Shown one piece after another: positions 1-8,638 of a stretch of DNA of 32,000 nucleotides. Source of the stretch: Methanocaldococcus jannaschii DSM 2661 (GTDB lineage Archaea > AGJL01 > Methanococci > Methanococcales > Methanocaldococcaceae); assembly GCF_000091665.1 (NCBI RefSeq), contig NC_000909.1, positions 623,581-655,580 on the forward strand, written 5' to 3'. A program made the translations under genes and the position numbers. The stretch's first letter is position 1; every line of letters starts with the position of its first letter. Below the pieces are notes generated by a model. The model ran no database searches. It was not told the origin of the DNA and worked only from the letters and a program-made list of their open reading frames with translations.

Positions 1-419
1 AGGCAAGAGGGGATTTGGAGATAGATGACCACCACACTGTTGAAGATGTTGGAATTTGCTTAGGTTTAGCCTTAAATCAGATTGAAAAGAGGAATATTTT
101 TAGATTCGGCTGGGCTATAATTCCAATGGACGATGCAAGGGCTACTGTAGCGATAGATTTAAGTGGAAGGAGTTATTGTGTAGGAAATTATGAGCCAAAA
201 AGAGAGTTTGTTGGAGACTTAGCAACTGAGAATATAAATCACTTTTTTGAGTCAGTTGCAAGTTATGGAATGCTAAATATCCATTATGAAGTTATTGGAA
301 AGAATGAGCATCACAAGGCAGAGGCTTTGTTTAAGGCTTTTGGAGTAGCTTTAGATTTAGCTACAAAAATTGATGAAAGGAAGGGAGTTATAAGCACTAA
401 GGGAGAGGTTAAGCTATAA
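1..419 (+). CDS. hisB: Imidazoleglycerol-phosphate dehydratase, C-terminal part (5' end lies off the window)
   Basis: The reading frame is open back to base 3 (..[18 protein letters not shown]..). It carries the IGPD-type D-x-HH-x-x-E and [13 protein letters not shown] histidine motifs. The TTG at 15 used by the ORF track is internal, not the start. Confidence 0.9.
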   Translation, partial: ARGDLEIDDHHTVEDVGICLGLALNQIEKRNIFRFGWAIIPMDDARATVAIDLSGRSYCVGNYEPKREFVGDLATENINHFFESVASYGMLNIHYEVIGKNEHHKAEALFKAFGVALDLATKIDERKGVISTKGEVKL

Positions 420-573
420 AAATTCTTTTTTATCATCTCTAAAAAAATATTTTTAAATCTCTAAAAGAATGTAATTTTAATTATTCAACAAATTTTAACC
501 TTATCTATTTGAATATTCTATCCATAACAGTCTAATTTTACTGATGAAAATAGATTAGATATACAAAAACTTC

Positions 574-673
574 GTTTCCATCCTCCAAGAGGTCTGATTT
601 TAATCTCGGAGACATATTCGACCTATGGAGAGCAGACACTAACTTTCCATCCTCCAAGAGGTCTGATTTTAAT
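574..673 (-). CRISPR. Mini CRISPR array with two identical 30-nt repeats (a 31st base varies) and one 38-39-nt spacer
   Basis: tttccatcctccaagaggtctgattttaat occurs at 575-604 and 644-673. On the minus strand it reads ATTAAAATCAGACCTCTTGGAGGATGGAAA(C/G). That has an internal CCTC/GAGG palindrome and an ATGGAAA(C/G) 3' end resembling the ATTGAAA(C/G) crRNA handle of archaeal type I/III repeats. The spacer is 605-642/643. Orientation is inferred from the handle and from the AT-rich leader on the 674+ side. Confidence 0.85.
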
Positions 674-1113
674 AGGAGACTTATCCACAATATAATTTAT
701 ACGACTCTCCTAATATTTAAGCTTTTCCATACCTTATTTTTCTAAGGTTAAATAACCATCTTATAATATAAACCTTTTAGTATTTAAATCTTTTCTCCCT
801 TTAATAAAACAGAGTATTTTTATCTTTCTAAATTCAAAAATTTAACTTATTTGTTAGAGAAATTTTATTTACTTGCCTAATTAATCTTAATTTTTAAAAA
901 TCCAAATAATTTAATTAAGTTAAATATTCTAAACAATCAAACCAGCAAACCCTTAGAAATTAAATTTAAAACCTCTAAATAAATAAATAATTCCTAAATA
1001 CTCTCATTTCTAAATTCCAAACTTATACAACAAGACAATCCATAAACCAAATAACAAAATTAAAAATCCTAAAACCCTAATAATAAATTATAAACAAATA
1101 TTCTATAAATGTC
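674..1113 (-). promoter_or_regulatory. Putative CRISPR leader (equivalent to the long-repeat 'LR' segment of M. jannaschii repeat clusters)
   Basis: This is a ~440-bp non-coding, very AT-rich block directly abutting the repeat at 673. It is rich in reiterated ttctaaat/cctaaa-type motifs. A TATA-like gtataaattata lies on the minus strand at about 691-702, some 20-25 nt before the first repeat. The size matches my recollection of the ~400-bp LR element. Confidence 0.55.
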
Positions 1114-2256
1114 TTATTCTTCATTTTCCATTAAGCTAAAATCTACAACATCTCCCTTTTCACATCTTGTAACTACAGAAGCAATAATATTCTTTGAAAA
1201 CAAAATGGCATTTGTTGGTTTTATAAAGGTAAAGACAGCTTTAAAGCCCTCATCTACTAAACCAACATTCTCAAGCTTTAATATCTTTGCGTTGTTTATT
1301 GTTGCCATTCTCAAGATATCCTTTGGTTCTATGTGGTAGAGCTTATAAATGAAGTCCATTTCTTTAAATATTGAAGGAGAGTTTGCCATAAAGTTATCTG
1401 TTCCAATCCCAACCAATAAGTTGTCGTTAAGCTCATTCAACTTTGGCATTCCTACATTAAAGGATAGATTAGCTCTTACACAAGCAACAACTGGAATATT
1501 ATTTTCTTTTAATAGCTCTAAGTCATTATCTGTTAAATGTGTCCCATGAACAATAAAATCTGGTTTTATTTTTAAATCTATTAATCTCTCAACCTCTGTC
1601 ATACCATATTTGTTTAAGCTGTATTCCACAGCCCCCCTATGCTCAGCTGCGTGTATGGCAAATAATTTCTTATCATCTTTTTCTTTAAACTTCTTAAAGA
1701 TTTTAAAAATCAATTTTAGCTCATCATCTTTAAACTCATTAGCCCCACTTAGCCCTAAACCATTAGAGACTTTTAAAACTTCTTCAATCTCATCTTTATC
1801 AACCTTTATAGGCCTTCCTAAGATTATTGCCTTTGGATAATCATAGCATTTTAAAGCTTTATTTAATAGACTAATCCCTCTTACTCCATTTTCTCTAAAA
1901 TCACAAAAATATTTTATTCCATGCTCTCTCATATCTCCTAAACCAAGTTTCATGCCTTCAGCTAATAAATCATCGCTACACTCAGTCAAATATCTATGCT
2001 TTAAACCATTTGGGGGTTTCACCAACTCATCCAAAGTTTTATTAATCCCTATGTCCTTTATACTATTATCAGCTATGTGGGTGTGGGCATTTATAAGGGA
2101 AGGAATAACAAGCCCTTTAAATTCAATAACTTCTCTCTCATTATGTTCATCCGTGAAACCTTTTATTATGCCTTCTTCAATAATTAAAGTTCCTTTTCTT
2201 AGCTTAAAGTCCTCCCCATATAGAAATTGGCTTTTTAATAGCAAAAAGACCACCAT
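1114..2256 (-). CDS. Metal-dependent amidohydrolase (chlorohydrolase/deaminase-like family)
   Basis: 380-aa ORF. It has the INAHTHI H-x-H metal-binding motif near the N-terminus, HAAEH mid-protein and GIGTDN near the C-terminus, matching the amidohydrolase superfamily pattern. The substrate cannot be assigned. Confidence 0.8.
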   Translation of the reverse strand: MVVFLLLKSQFLYGEDFKLRKGTLIIEEGIIKGFTDEHNEREVIEFKGLVIPSLINAHTHIADNSIKDIGINKTLDELVKPPNGLKHRYLTECSDDLLAEGMKLGLGDMREHGIKYFCDFRENGVRGISLLNKALKCYDYPKAIILGRPIKVDKDEIEEVLKVSNGLGLSGANEFKDDELKLIFKIFKKFKEKDDKKLFAIHAAEHRGAVEYSLNKYGMTEVERLIDLKIKPDFIVHGTHLTDNDLELLKENNIPVVACVRANLSFNVGMPKLNELNDNLLVGIGTDNFMANSPSIFKEMDFIYKLYHIEPKDILRMATINNAKILKLENVGLVDEGFKAVFTFIKPTNAILFSKNIIASVVTRCEKGDVVDFSLMENEE

Positions 2257-2269
2257 TGGGGTTTAATTT

Positions 2270-3244
2270 ATGATTGATAATAAACTAAAATTAGTAATAA
2301 AAGTTGTATTGTTAATATTTCTCTTACACTCTCTTATGTCAATTTTTAATTTAGAGACGTATATTAAGATACTTGCCAAATATCAAAATCAAATAATGAT
2401 TATAGCTATCATCATCTTATCTGGACTTATTATCGTAGATATTGCATCGGAGGTATTTAAAAAGTATGCAAGAACGAGAGAGGAGAAAGCTGGGGAATAT
2501 TTAACCTTAAACTATATCTTCAAATATCTTGTTTATGTTTGTGTTACTTTAATGATTTTTGGCGTTATCTACCAAAATGTCTCATCATTAGTAGTTTCAG
2601 TTGGTTTAATTGGTGCTGCTGTAACATACGCTTTACAAAAGCCAATTTTAAACTTTGCTGGATGGATTATCATCCTATATACAAGAACAATAAAGATAGG
2701 AGATAGAATTTTTATTAAAAATATGGGAGCTGGGGATGTATTTGATATAGATACTCAACACATTTACTTAAGTGAATTAACAACAGACACCTTTGAACCA
2801 ACAGGAAGGGTCTTAATTATTCCAAATTCTTATATATTCACCGCCTCAATAGAAAACCTTACAAAAGGGTCTCCATATATTTGGGATAACATAGTTGTGC
2901 ATTTTACACTAAATAGCAATATAAACAAGGCAGAAAAAATTGTTTTTGAATCAGCAGATGAAGTTATTGGAAATTTAATGAGAGAACTTTATGAAAAATG
3001 GTCTAAGAGAAAATATCTCATTTCAAGGAAGTTATCTGATAAACCAGTTGTAAGAGTTGGAATTACAAGGAGTTCTTTTTATATAAAAGCACTTTATCTT
3101 GTGAATGTTTATGAGAAAGCAAAAATTAGAAGTGAAATTAACAAGAGAATTTTAGAAAAAGTAAATAAAGAAAATGATGTAAAATTGGCTTATCCACACA
3201 TTAAAGCGGTTATTGAAACAGAAAACAAATTTAAAAACACGTGA
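2270..3244 (+). CDS. Small-conductance mechanosensitive channel (MscS family)
   Basis: 324 aa. N-terminal TM helices are followed by the pore-helix/beta-domain pattern ..[37 protein letters not shown]...GDVFDID... Confidence 0.8.
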
Positions 3245-4485
3245 TTATTATGCTTTCAGAATACTTGGAGGAGTTTAAAGAGTATTTAGAAAGATTTAAA
3301 AATATAGACATCAATTTCTCAGATGTATTAAAAATGTCAAAAAAATTTATTATTTGGAGATTGAAGCAGATTTTTGGAGATAGTTCAACGATTTTTACAA
3401 ATATTAGTTCAGAAATAACCATATTTGATAAGATTTTTCAAATGATTGATTATGATATTGATGGAGAAGTTGAGAAGAGATTACCCAAAGATGAAAGTAG
3501 ATTTATGATTGGAGTTAGAAGGGAAAAGGAGATTGAAATAAAAAAAGAAATAATTACAAATCTTTTAGATTTCCTTTTAATTATATTATTATCCCATACT
3601 CCATATTTTAATGCCTTTGTAAGAAAATATGCAGAAATAAAAAAAATTAAAGTTATTAAAAAACTTCCAAATAAAATCTCTGTCTGGGAATTTATAAAAA
3701 TTGCTTCAAGGTCAAGAATCAACGATTTACACTTGGAGAGATTAGATTTAGAAAATGGTTTTGTAGATATAACTAAAATTAAAGAAATTTTTGCAAAAGA
3801 AATTATTAGAGTAGAGCTAATGAAACTTGGGGAAAATATAAAAAAAAGAAAATTACCAGATGATAGTGTAGTAAAAGAATTATTAAATGAAATTAGTGAT
3901 TATCTAAAAGACAAGGTTAAATATGAACAAATAAGTGGTATTAAAGCATTAAACTATAAAGGAAATATCCCGTTAGAATGGCACCCTCCATGCATCAGAG
4001 GAATTTTAAATGACATTTTAAGTGGTGGCTCACCCTCACATTACGCAAGGAGGAGCTTTGTTGTATATTGGTTTTGCGCTAAATTCAACCCTAACTTAAG
4101 ACCTTTAGATAAAAATGGGAATTTGGTTAATGTTTCAGCTACAGACATCGCCTCTGAGGAAGAGATTGAGAGGTTTATAGATGAACTTATTGAGATGTTG
4201 TTTAAAAATGTTGAGGACTTTGATGAGAAAAAGACAAGATACTATATTATGCACAATATTGGCTATAAGGTAGGGCATGGAAGATTAACTCACTGTGAAT
4301 ACTGCAAAAACTGGCAAGATGATGGTGGAAAGGGATTAAGTTATTATTGTAAGCCAGACGAATTGTGCAAGAAGAAATTTATCATTCATCCATTGGATTA
4401 TCTCTGCTACAATATAAATAAACATTTGAAGAAAGAGAGATTTAAGAAGATAAAGAAGGAGGATAAAAATGGAGATAATAAATAA
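3241..4485 (+). CDS. priL: DNA primase large (regulatory) subunit PriL
   Basis: It carries the signature [33 protein letters not shown]-terminal Cys cluster (HCEYCKNW...[13 protein letters not shown]) fits the PriL Fe-S domain. The likely true start is the ATG at 3250, preceded by gtgat; GTG 3241 is the track start. Confidence 0.85.
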
Positions 4486-6253
4486 ATTCTTAGATTTAGA
4501 GGCTTTATTATCACCAACTGTTTATGAAAAGTTAAAAAATTTTGATGAAGAAAAATTAAAAAGACTAATTCAAAAAATTAGAGAATTTAAAAAATATAAC
4601 AACGCTTTTATTTTGTTAGATGAGAAGTTTTTAGACATCTTTTTACAAAAAGATTTGGATGAAATAATAAATGAATATAAGGATTTTGACTTTATATTTT
4701 ACTACACTGGAGAAGAAGAAAAAGAAAAACCTAAAGAAGTAAAAAAAGAGATTAAAAAAGAAACTGAAGAGAAAATAGAAAAAGAAAAAATAGAATTTGT
4801 TAAGAAAGAAGAAAAAGAACAATTTATAAAAAAATCTGATGAAGATGTTGAAGAGAAATTAAAACAACTAATTTCCAAAGAAGAGAAAAAAGAAGATTTC
4901 GATGCTGAGAGGGCTAAAAGATATGAACACATAACAAAAATAAAAGAGAGTGTAAATAGTAGAATAAAATGGATAGCTAAAGACATCGATGCCGTGATTG
5001 AGATATATGAAGATTCAGACGTGTCTGGAAAATCCACATGCACTGGAACTATTGAGGACTTCGTTAAATACTTTAGAGACAGATTTGAAAGATTAAAGGT
5101 TTTTATTGAGAGAAAAGCTCAAAGAAAGGGATATCCTCTAAAAGATATAAAGAAAATGAAAGGACAGAAGGATATTTTTGTCGTAGGAATCGTTAGTGAT
5201 GTTGATAGTACAAGAAATGGGAACTTGATAGTTAGGATTGAAGACACCGAAGATGAAGCAACGTTAATTCTGCCAAAAGAAAAAATCGAAGCTGGAAAAA
5301 TACCTGACGATATTTTGTTAGATGAAGTTATTGGAGCTATTGGGACTGTTAGCAAATCTGGAAGTTCAATATACGTTGATGAAATTATACGTCCAGCATT
5401 ACCACCAAAAGAACCAAAGAGAATTGATGAAGAGATATATATGGCATTTTTATCTGATATTCACGTTGGAAGTAAGGAGTTTTTGCATAAAGAGTTTGAA
5501 AAATTCATCAGATTTTTAAATGGAGATGTTGATAATGAATTAGAGGAAAAGGTCGTTAGCAGATTAAAATACATCTGCATAGCTGGGGATTTAGTTGATG
5601 GGGTTGGTGTCTATCCAGGGCAGGAAGAGGATTTGTATGAGGTAGATATTATTGAGCAGTATAGAGAAATAGCAATGTATTTAGATCAGATTCCAGAGCA
5701 TATAAGCATAATCATCTCCCCAGGAAACCACGATGCTGTTAGACCAGCAGAACCTCAACCAAAACTGCCAGAGAAAATAACTAAGCTATTTAATAGAGAT
5801 AACATCTACTTCGTTGGAAACCCATGCACTCTCAACATCCATGGCTTTGATACTCTATTATATCACGGCAGAAGCTTTGACGACTTAGTTGGACAAATAA
5901 GGGCTGCAAGTTATGAAAATCCAGTAACTATTATGAAGGAGTTGATAAAAAGAAGGCTATTATGTCCAACTTATGGAGGAAGATGTCCTATAGCTCCAGA
6001 ACATAAAGATTACTTGGTTATAGATAGGGATATTGATATTTTACACACTGGGCATATACACATCAACGGTTATGGAATTTATAGAGGAGTTGTTATGGTT
6101 AATAGCGGGACATTCCAAGAGCAAACAGATTTCCAGAAGAGGATGGGTATTAGCCCAACACCTGCAATAGTTCCAATAATAAACATGGCTAAGGTTGGGG
6201 AGAAGGGGCATTATTTAGAATGGGATAGGGGAGTTTTAGAGGTTAGATATTAA
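4469..6253 (+). CDS. polB: DNA polymerase II (PolD) small subunit DP1
   Basis: 594 aa. It has the calcineurin-like phosphoesterase motifs LSDIHVGS, GDLVDG, GNHD and GHIH. An OB-fold-like middle region and a K/E-rich linker (aa ~80-150) are present. A strong aggagg Shine-Dalgarno sequence sits 6 nt upstream of the ATG, inside the priL 3' end. Confidence 0.9.
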   Translation: MEIINKFLDLEALLSPTVYEKLKNFDEEKLKRLIQKIREFKKYNNAFILLDEKFLDIFLQKDLDEIINEYKDFDFIFYYTGEEEKEKPKEVKKEIKKETEEKIEKEKIEFVKKEEKEQFIKKSDEDVEEKLKQLISKEEKKEDFDAERAKRYEHITKIKESVNSRIKWIAKDIDAVIEIYEDSDVSGKSTCTGTIEDFVKYFRDRFERLKVFIERKAQRKGYPLKDIKKMKGQKDIFVVGIVSDVDSTRNGNLIVRIEDTEDEATLILPKEKIEAGKIPDDILLDEVIGAIGTVSKSGSSIYVDEIIRPALPPKEPKRIDEEIYMAFLSDIHVGSKEFLHKEFEKFIRFLNGDVDNELEEKVVSRLKYICIAGDLVDGVGVYPGQEEDLYEVDIIEQYREIAMYLDQIPEHISIIISPGNHDAVRPAEPQPKLPEKITKLFNRDNIYFVGNPCTLNIHGFDTLLYHGRSFDDLVGQIRAASYENPVTIMKELIKRRLLCPTYGGRCPIAPEHKDYLVIDRDIDILHTGHIHINGYGIYRGVVMVNSGTFQEQTDFQKRMGISPTPAIVPIINMAKVGEKGHYLEWDRGVLEVRY

Positions 6254-6277
6254 TAAATAATAATTTAGAGGGAAACT

Positions 6278-6958
6278 ATGAAAATAATCCCAGTCATTGA
6301 TTTAAAAGACAAAATAGCTGTGCATGGAAAGAGTGGAAATAGAGATGAATATAAGCCATTAGAGTCAGTTATCTGCAAATCATCAAATCCTATTGAAGTA
6401 GCAAAAGCCTACAAAGAAAGAGGAGCTAAAACTATCTATATTGCTGACTTAAACTTTATAATGGGCAATGGAGATAATTTTGATATTATAAAAGAGATAG
6501 ATTTTATAAACAAGATTGTTGATATTGGAGTAAAGAGTAGAGAGGATTTAGAAACTATCAAAAAAGTTTTAAATAAAGATGATAGGGCAATTGTAGCAAC
6601 AGAGACATTAAAAGATATTGAATTGCTTAAAGAAAAAGATATAGTTGTTAGCTTAGATTTTAAGAATGGGAATCTTTTAAACTACAGCTTGGATGAGATT
6701 TTATCTTGTGTTAGAGATGATACACCACTAATAATCTTAGATATCTCTTCAGTTGGAACTCAAAGAGGGGTTAATGCAGAGCTTATAAAATATGTTTTAG
6801 ATAAAACTAACAATCCGGTGTATGTTGGTGGTGGAATTAAAGGAATGGAAGATTTAGAGCTATGCTATAACTTAGGAGTTGATGCTGTTTTAATAGCAAC
6901 GGCAATACATAAAGGGGTTTTAGATTTAGAGGAGATTATTAATAAGTTTGGTGATTAA
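6278..6958 (+). CDS. HisA/HisF-family (beta/alpha)8-barrel protein, a paralog of unclear function
   Basis: 226 aa. It has the N-terminal IIPVIDLKD strand and the C-terminal VGGGI phosphate-binding motif typical of HisA/HisF barrels. It is not next to other his genes. Confidence 0.7.
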   Translation: MKIIPVIDLKDKIAVHGKSGNRDEYKPLESVICKSSNPIEVAKAYKERGAKTIYIADLNFIMGNGDNFDIIKEIDFINKIVDIGVKSREDLETIKKVLNKDDRAIVATETLKDIELLKEKDIVVSLDFKNGNLLNYSLDEILSCVRDDTPLIILDISSVGTQRGVNAELIKYVLDKTNNPVYVGGGIKGMEDLELCYNLGVDAVLIATAIHKGVLDLEEIINKFGD

Positions 6959-7083
6959 TAAAGTTCTATCAGTTGATGAATTCAATCTAATGAAAAAATA
7001 AACACTACTTTTTACAGAAACATATTTAAAAGATGGTGTTATAGTTGGATGAAGTTGAGGTATAGAACTATTTTATTATTTTT

Positions 7084-7392
7084 TTGGTGGGTAATATGAA
7101 TATTAGAGATAAAATTAAAAGCATTAAAAATTGGATTAACTTTATTAAACCAATAATTACAATCGTTGGTATTGTTATCAGTGCCGTTGCATTTACAATT
7201 TCAATTTTATGGGGTATGTTATTTTTAATTCTGTTTTTAATATTAATTACTTTTTCTAAAACCATTAGAAAAATATTAAGTAAAAAAGAACGTTCATATC
7301 AAGGTCTTATATTATCAATAATTGGGTCCATAATTATTATATCAATTATCGTATATTCACACTGTTATATAGAGTTTAAGCTATTAATATAA
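7084..7392 (+). CDS. Small integral membrane protein (about 3 TM helices), uncharacterised
   Basis: Hydrophobic ORF. The likely start is ATG 7096, preceded by ggtgggt, giving 98 aa. I recognise no family. Confidence 0.55.
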   Translation: MVGNMNIRDKIKSIKNWINFIKPIITIVGIVISAVAFTISILWGMLFLILFLILITFSKTIRKILSKKERSYQGLILSIIGSIIIISIIVYSHCYIEFKLLI

Positions 7393-7487
7393 TTAAAAAA
7401 ATTATTATAACTACAATATTCACATTATTTGTAGGAGATTTTAATAAATGGATATCTATTCTCTTAATTGCTTATGCTTTTCTTTAC

Positions 7488-8621
7488 ATGTTTGCATTTG
7501 AAGGTTTTAAATGGGAAATTGTTGAAATATTTGATTGGAAAGGGCTTAAAAAATTGCAAACAACTTTTCAAAACTATCTTCTCATTCTCTCTATGATTGT
7601 GTCTATAGCAGTGGTTGTTGCAATAAAAAATTATGATTCATTATGGTCTTTAATAACCAATAGCAGTGACAGCAGTAATTTCCTTACAGTAGGGAGTATT
7701 TTAGCAACTATCTCAGCACTACTTGTATCAATATCTTGGGTTATTATTCAGACATCATCAGATAGATTAAGTAATATCTTAATGTGGATATGGGTTAGAG
7801 ATGTAAGATTTTTAACTTTTGTAGTAATTTCTTTCACAACTGTGTTTTTATTTATTCTTATTTCATTAACACATGTTCAATTGCATGTAATTGACTATGG
7901 AATTATTTATTACGTTATAATGTTAAATTTCTTAATGTATGCTTTATATATAAAAGCATTTGCAAATGTTATAAATCCAAAATATGCAGTCGATTTAATT
8001 TTGAGAGATAAAGATATAGGAGATAAATCAGGAGGCTATGGTGATTTAACTGATGCTGAATCGAGATTATTCGCAGTCTATGAAATTATTGAGAAGAGAA
8101 TTAAAGTGGGAGATGTTTATGCAGTAATAAAATGCTTAAATATGATTAACAAAAACTTTAATAAATACTGGATGTTTATTAAAGATGAAAAACGTGAAAA
8201 ATATCTTAGGGATTTTTTAAGAATTCTTAGTAAATTAAGAGTTGAATATAGAAAAAATTGTTTAAATAGGAAAAATAAGCCATACTCTAAAAAAGGTTTG
8301 GAAGCTTTTAAGAAAACAGAATTTATAGTTTCATTTTACAAAACTATCGAAGAAAAAATTAAAACAAGAGACATTAATAGTATTAATAAATTTTTAAGTG
8401 AAACATACAACAACATTAGCAATTATGAGATGTTCAACGATAAAACATACCTTGAAATATTTGTGCATCATTTAAAAGAATTATTAGAGAAATATGAAAA
8501 AGAAAAGAATGAGAATAAGTTAGATGAAGAGATATTCAACGAACTAAAAGATGAACTCGAAAAACTAATTAATAAATGCAATAATAAACTAAGAGAACTT
8601 GAATCACAAAATAACAACTAA
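7488..8621 (+). CDS. Uncharacterised membrane protein with an N-terminal ~4-TM domain and a long K/E-rich helical (coiled-coil-like) cytoplasmic tail
   Basis: 377-aa ORF. TM segments lie at about aa 30-47, 65-87, 108-127 and 138-158. The C-terminal half is charged and helical (..KYEKEKNENKLDEEIFNELKDELEKLINK..). I recognise no motif. Confidence 0.7.
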   Translation: MFAFEGFKWEIVEIFDWKGLKKLQTTFQNYLLILSMIVSIAVVVAIKNYDSLWSLITNSSDSSNFLTVGSILATISALLVSISWVIIQTSSDRLSNILMWIWVRDVRFLTFVVISFTTVFLFILISLTHVQLHVIDYGIIYYVIMLNFLMYALYIKAFANVINPKYAVDLILRDKDIGDKSGGYGDLTDAESRLFAVYEIIEKRIKVGDVYAVIKCLNMINKNFNKYWMFIKDEKREKYLRDFLRILSKLRVEYRKNCLNRKNKPYSKKGLEAFKKTEFIVSFYKTIEEKIKTRDINSINKFLSETYNNISNYEMFNDKTYLEIFVHHLKELLEKYEKEKNENKLDEEIFNELKDELEKLINKCNNKLRELESQNNN

Positions 8622-8638
8622 ACTAATCTGGTGATAAA

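Noticed and set aside
1109-2266. Plus-strand ORFs antisense to the amidohydrolase (1109-1339, 1349-1549, 1610-1840, 1952-2266). Similar antisense ORFs occur elsewhere: 3231-3422, 3450-3722, 4702-5043, 5119-5355, 5322-5519, 7068-7265, 8914-9441, 9870-10052, 11280-11498, 13146-13658, 20824-21045, 22962-23144, 23890-24123, 27068-27259 and 27249-27779.
   Set aside because: They are shadow ORFs opposite or overlapping well-supported genes. Their translations are Ser/Phe/Leu/Ile-rich low-complexity sequence, and they have no Shine-Dalgarno sequence and no recognisable motifs.
4700-4900. K/E-rich repetitive stretch inside DP1 that looks like a tandem repeat at the DNA level (aaagaa/gaagaa runs)
   Set aside because: It is in frame and part of the DP1 N-terminal linker. 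It is a low-complexity charged region, not a discrete repeat element or mobile insert.
6963-7070. Possible C/D-box sRNA or inverted repeat in the HisA-like/7084 intergenic region (gttctat...ttgatga...gatgaag...atagaac)
   Set aside because: The terminal complementarity is only 7-8 nt. The box C candidate is UUGAUGA and no CUGA box D sits next to the 3' stem. A 108-nt span is far longer than archaeal C/D sRNAs.
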